58,035 bases of DNA from an uncultured bacterium (GTDB taxonomy: Bacteria; Hydrothermota; Tepidihabitantia; Tepidihabitantales; JBDRVQ01). Numbering within the stretch: the first letter of the stretch is position 1; each line of letters begins with the position of its first letter. A program made the position numbers and the translations under genes. The notes beneath the pieces were generated by a model. That model was not told the DNA's origin. It did not search any database and saw only the letters and a list, made by a program, of their open reading frames with translations. Below are positions 54,727 to 58,035 of this stretch, in pieces. The DNA is taken from positions 1 to 58,035 of the forward strand of contig CAYRLZ010000013.1 in NCBI GenBank assembly GCA_964425275.1, in the 5' to 3' direction.

Positions 54727-55389
54727 ATGAAGATACTTCAGATATTCAGTTCGCCCGGTTCTTATTTTTTCTCTTTAAGGGAAAGGCCGATATGGTTTCT
54801 CCCATTAGTGATTCTCCTCCTCTGTGCCTTAATTCAGACTTTTACCGCTACCCGCTATGTGAGCATTGATGAGATAACAGAAAGGATGGAGAAGGGAGGG
54901 GCGTCCGAAGAGCAGATGGAAAAGGCAAAGAGATTTTTCTCAAGCCCGCTTTATTTCGTTATAACCTTTGCTTTATTAATCGTCTCAACACTTATCTTTC
55001 TTCTCCTTGTTTCGGTAATCATCAATTTTGCCCTACCGCTCTTCGGCGCTGATGGCACCTTTCTTATGACCTTTGCCTTAATTGTCAACACCGGCTTAAT
55101 TAGCGGTTTAGGGAATATCATCCGAACCTTTCTGATTTTAATCAAGAAGCGACCTTTCGTCTTAACCAGCCCGGCGCTCATTTTACCGCCGGCTTGGCAA
55201 GAGACCTTTCTTTTCCGTTTTCTCTCTCAATTTGACTTCTTTACTATCTGGCGGTTATTTCTTATTGGTTTGGGACTTACCGTCGTCTATGACCTGAGGG
55301 GTAAGAAAGGATTTTACCTTATCTTCGGGCTCTATCTAATTTGGATTATCTTTGCGACCACTCTTTTCCACCGTGCCGGTGTCCGTTAA
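54727..55389 (+). CDS. Yip1-family membrane protein
   Basis: IFSSP...F..L.ERP.W..PL and D.F.IW...L..LGL pattern; about 5 TM helices. Confidence 0.8.
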   Translation: MKILQIFSSPGSYFFSLRERPIWFLPLVILLLCALIQTFTATRYVSIDEITERMEKGGASEEQMEKAKRFFSSPLYFVITFALLIVSTLIFLLLVSVIINFALPLFGADGTFLMTFALIVNTGLISGLGNIIRTFLILIKKRPFVLTSPALILPPAWQETFLFRFLSQFDFFTIWRLFLIGLGLTVVYDLRGKKGFYLIFGLYLIWIIFATTLFHRAGVR

Positions 55390-55403
55390 TTATATTAGCA
55401 CTC

Positions 55404-57206
55404 TTAAAACTTAGGCTTTCCGAAAGTTGAGGTCAATTTTATTATCTTTATCTTCTTATTTATTTCCGGAGAGGTGAGATAGAGGAAATAAATCCCATCG
55501 GCTAATCGGTAGTCTCTTAATTCTAAGATTTGGGCTTTGGCATCCAATCTCCTCTCTTCGGAATAAATAATTCGCCCATTTATCCCATAGGTTTTTATTG
55601 AGACTTGCCCGGGATTGGATAAAAAAATCGGGATTCTAATAACCGCTCCGGCAATGAGATAGGTCGTAGGGAGATTTTTCTTCTCCTCTTTAATAAGGGA
55701 CAGTTCGGAGATGAAGGTTGAGCCAAGGATAGTAAAAGGTCTGGGGGTAATAACAAAGGCGGTCTCCGTAGGTGTTGAAACAGAAAAGCGGAGGTAGCAG
55801 TTGTTTGATGGTGAATTAGGAATTCGCCACTGTTTTAGACCATTGTTTTGTAGGTTGTGGTAAATTGTGGTCCAGGGTCCGGTCGGTCCCTGAGAGGAGA
55901 ATTCAATCCTTACCGTTGAGGTCTGATTATTAGGGACGGCACTAATCCATTTGATGAAGTTTATAGAATTGCCAATAAATTTTTCCCCGCCCCGAGGAAA
56001 TAGCGGTTTGATACTTAAATCGGTCGGCTGGGAGGTCTCCTTAAAGAAACGGAAGCGATTGCGGTTATTTTCGTTTATGACGGTGGCAATATCCGGATAG
56101 CCGTTATGGTCGCAGTCACCACCAACCCTTAATGCCTGACTGTAACCAGAAGAAGGAGAGGTAATAATTCGCAATGTCTCATACCACACCCCCTGACCAT
56201 TACCGAGCCAGATTTTTAATGTGCACCCAACCTGGGCGATGACATCCAGAAATCCATCGGTATCCATATCAAAGAGTTGGATTCGGCGATAATTACCGCT
56301 CCTCGGTAAGTCGCCGGAAAAGTTCACCCAGGTATCCCCGGCTTCATTAAAGCTCCAGACCGAAACCGCACCCTGCGGAGTGATAAACCCTAAATCCATA
56401 CCACCGTCATTATCAACATCACCTAAATCAACACTCCGGTAGGCATTATTGGAACCAGGCGGCGGTAAATTCCGATTTGCCTGGGTAAAAGAACCTTGAC
56501 CATTTCCCAGATAAACGCTACCGTATTGATGAGCCGAGGCAAAATCAAGAAAACCATCTCTATTTATATCGCCGAAGATGAAATCCATATTAGAATTCCC
56601 ACCGATAAAGCCAAAACTGCGCCGCCAGGTGCCGTCGCGCTGGTTCAAGTAGATGTGAATGCCATCATCGGCCCCAAAGGATATTGAGCCAATGTCTAAA
56701 TCACCGTCATTGTCAACATCACCAAAATCGGTGCCAAACATCCCCCAATCCTGTCCGTGCATCCCCAGACTATCATCCCAGGGGGTCCAGTTTCTGCCGG
56801 TGCCGTCACCTAAGGCAACCTCCATTACCTGGTCGCCAAAGTCATTGGAGGAATAGTTGTGATGCATACCATAACCGCAATCTAAATAGCCGTCATTATT
56901 CACATCACCGACCGCAATCCCACCGTAGCCAAAATTACCATTCATATAAACACGCCAATTTCCCTGTCCGTCACCAAACCAGACCATTATCCCGTGTTGG
57001 TCACTATTGATATACGGAGAACCGTGGTCACCAATAGAGAGTAAATCCAGATTACCATCATTATTTATATCCGCCATTTCAATCTCGGTCCGGCCACCCT
57101 CTAAGGTCGGAGGGATTAAACCAGAAGAAGATTCAATATATTGAAGAGAATAAGAGGTCAGATAAAGAGAGAAAACCCCAAAAACCACGATTACCTCTTT
57201 TTTCAT
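55404..57206 (-). CDS. Secreted FG-GAP/VCBS repeat protein with C-terminal sorting-like domain
   Basis: Repeated D.NNDG.LD motifs, P.GGE Ig-like domain, C-terminal Y.I.GR ... L.DGIYFL ... KKIKI. Confidence 0.88.
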   Translation of the reverse strand: MKKEVIVVFGVFSLYLTSYSLQYIESSSGLIPPTLEGGRTEIEMADINNDGNLDLLSIGDHGSPYINSDQHGIMVWFGDGQGNWRVYMNGNFGYGGIAVGDVNNDGYLDCGYGMHHNYSSNDFGDQVMEVALGDGTGRNWTPWDDSLGMHGQDWGMFGTDFGDVDNDGDLDIGSISFGADDGIHIYLNQRDGTWRRSFGFIGGNSNMDFIFGDINRDGFLDFASAHQYGSVYLGNGQGSFTQANRNLPPPGSNNAYRSVDLGDVDNDGGMDLGFITPQGAVSVWSFNEAGDTWVNFSGDLPRSGNYRRIQLFDMDTDGFLDVIAQVGCTLKIWLGNGQGVWYETLRIITSPSSGYSQALRVGGDCDHNGYPDIATVINENNRNRFRFFKETSQPTDLSIKPLFPRGGEKFIGNSINFIKWISAVPNNQTSTVRIEFSSQGPTGPWTTIYHNLQNNGLKQWRIPNSPSNNCYLRFSVSTPTETAFVITPRPFTILGSTFISELSLIKEEKKNLPTTYLIAGAVIRIPIFLSNPGQVSIKTYGINGRIIYSEERRLDAKAQILELRDYRLADGIYFLYLTSPEINKKIKIIKLTSTFGKPKF

Positions 57207-57249
57207 AATTGAATTATATCCAAAGAGTGAAAAAAAGTCAACCCAAACG

Positions 57250-57590
57250 TATTAGACCGTCAATTAGGCTTTGAATTAGATTCTCAATTAGACCAAGAAT
57301 TAGACCGAGAATTAGCCAAAGAATTAGCCCCTTTGTTAACCAGATGATTAGTCAGAGGATTAGAAACTTAATTAGCCTTTCGGCTAGTTAAAGAATTAGA
57401 AAGAGAATTAGACCTTCAATTAGTCAGAGGATTAGGCAAAGAATTAGGTTATAAACTAGACCAAGAAGGCGACCCAGAGGGCTACCCCCTATCTTCCTTA
57501 AAAAATCCCCTAAGCCCTGTAAAATCAAAGACTTAGTGGTAAAAAAGGGGCTTTGAAGACTATAACTATAGTTATATAACTATAGTTATG
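57250..57590 (-). repeat. Composite element copy B (inverted relative to copy A): about 18 12-bp units + core + dyad box + 28-bp perfect palindrome
   Basis: AATTAG every 12 bp (tagaccgtcaat taggctttgaat tagattctcaat ...), TAAGCCCTGTAAAATCAAAGACTTA at 57511-57535, (ATAACTATAGTTAT)x2 at 57562-57589. Confidence 0.9.
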
Positions 57591-57735
57591 GTTAATTTTG
57601 CAACAGGTGAATAAAGGGTAAAAGTTTAGTATTTCCTAAAAACCACAGATTTTTAACCACAGGCAAACACTGGTAAACACAGTCCTTTTTCTTTTCTTCT
57701 GTGTTCATCTGGGTTAATCTGTGGTTTGTGTTTAT

Positions 57736-57797
57736 CCCGTTAGAAGTCCCGATGTGGACTTATCCTCTTTCCTAATACGACCGCAACTTCTAATGGG
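57736..57797. repeat. Short inverted-repeat element CCCGTTAGAAGT ... ACTTCTAATGGG
   Basis: 11/12 inverted match with a 38-bp interior. Confidence 0.55.
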
Positions 57798-57915
57798 GTT
57801 TGAGTTTGTCTAAAAACCTTCTTTTTGACTTATTACCGGTCCCGGCGTCAGTTTTAATTTTATTACCGCCTCTTATTGCTCAAATCCCCTAATCATTGTG
57901 GTGGAAAATTTTTGG

Positions 57916-58035
57916 TTATCTCAAAAGCACCGTCTTCTTTATATCCTTAAAGTCTTCGGTCTTTAACCGATAGAAATATATTCCTTGGGGCAAATTTTTC
58001 CCTCGGTCATCTCTTCCGTCCCATTTCAGTTTATA
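57916..58035 (-). CDS. 3' end of a secreted protein with FlgD-Ig/T9SS-like C-terminal domain (5'-truncated by the window edge)
   Basis: Hand translation: YKLKWDGRDDRGKNLPQGIYFYRLKTEDFKDIKKTVLLR*. Confidence 0.85.
   Translation of the reverse strand, partial: YKLKWDGRDDRGKNLPQGIYFYRLKTEDFKDIKKTVLLR

Noticed and set aside
514-57010. Numerous 60-170 aa ORFs antisense to or overlapping long genes (e.g. 1159-1668, 6741-7214, 41981-42433, 16722-17054)
   Set aside because: Shadow ORFs of well-supported genes or tRNAs, with no recognisable motifs
1-58035. Prophage, integrase, transposase or reverse transcriptase
   Set aside because: No ORF with such motifs was recognised; any enzyme acting on the repeats must be encoded elsewhere

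Overview
Bacterial chromosomal window, about 58 kb and gene-dense. Gene content (two C-terminal sorting-domain-type surface proteins, a CARDB-like protein, V-ATPase subunit D, IleRS2) is compatible with an uncultured diderm lineage such as candidate phylum WOR-3; this assignment is inference, not a search result. Housekeeping genes include hisS, a tRNA nucleotidyltransferase, ftsK, gltX, two tRNA-Ser genes, smc, alr, truA and ileS. There are two accessory blocks. The first is an ECF sigma/Cys-rich anti-sigma locus with three matching GTAAC-N16/17-CGTC promoters, driving a permease and a seven-gene ABC/porin/FMN-binding operon that carries a structured RNA leader. The second is a 13.6 kb Wzx/Wzy/Wzc polysaccharide cluster with a glycerol-phosphate dehydrogenase/cytidylyltransferase/CDP-alcohol transferase trio. 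The most unusual signal is non-coding: a dispersed family of composite intergenic elements built from a perfect AT-rich palindrome, a 25-bp IHF-like dyad box, a conserved core and an array of degenerate 12-bp units. It occurs at about 3.4-3.8, 9.1-9.4, 34.5-34.8 and 57.25-57.6 kb, and the last two copies are inverted homologues. Several small REP-like palindromes are present (one inside a CDS), as are many apparently leaderless sigma70 promoters. No CRISPR array, rRNA, transposase or integrase was recognised.
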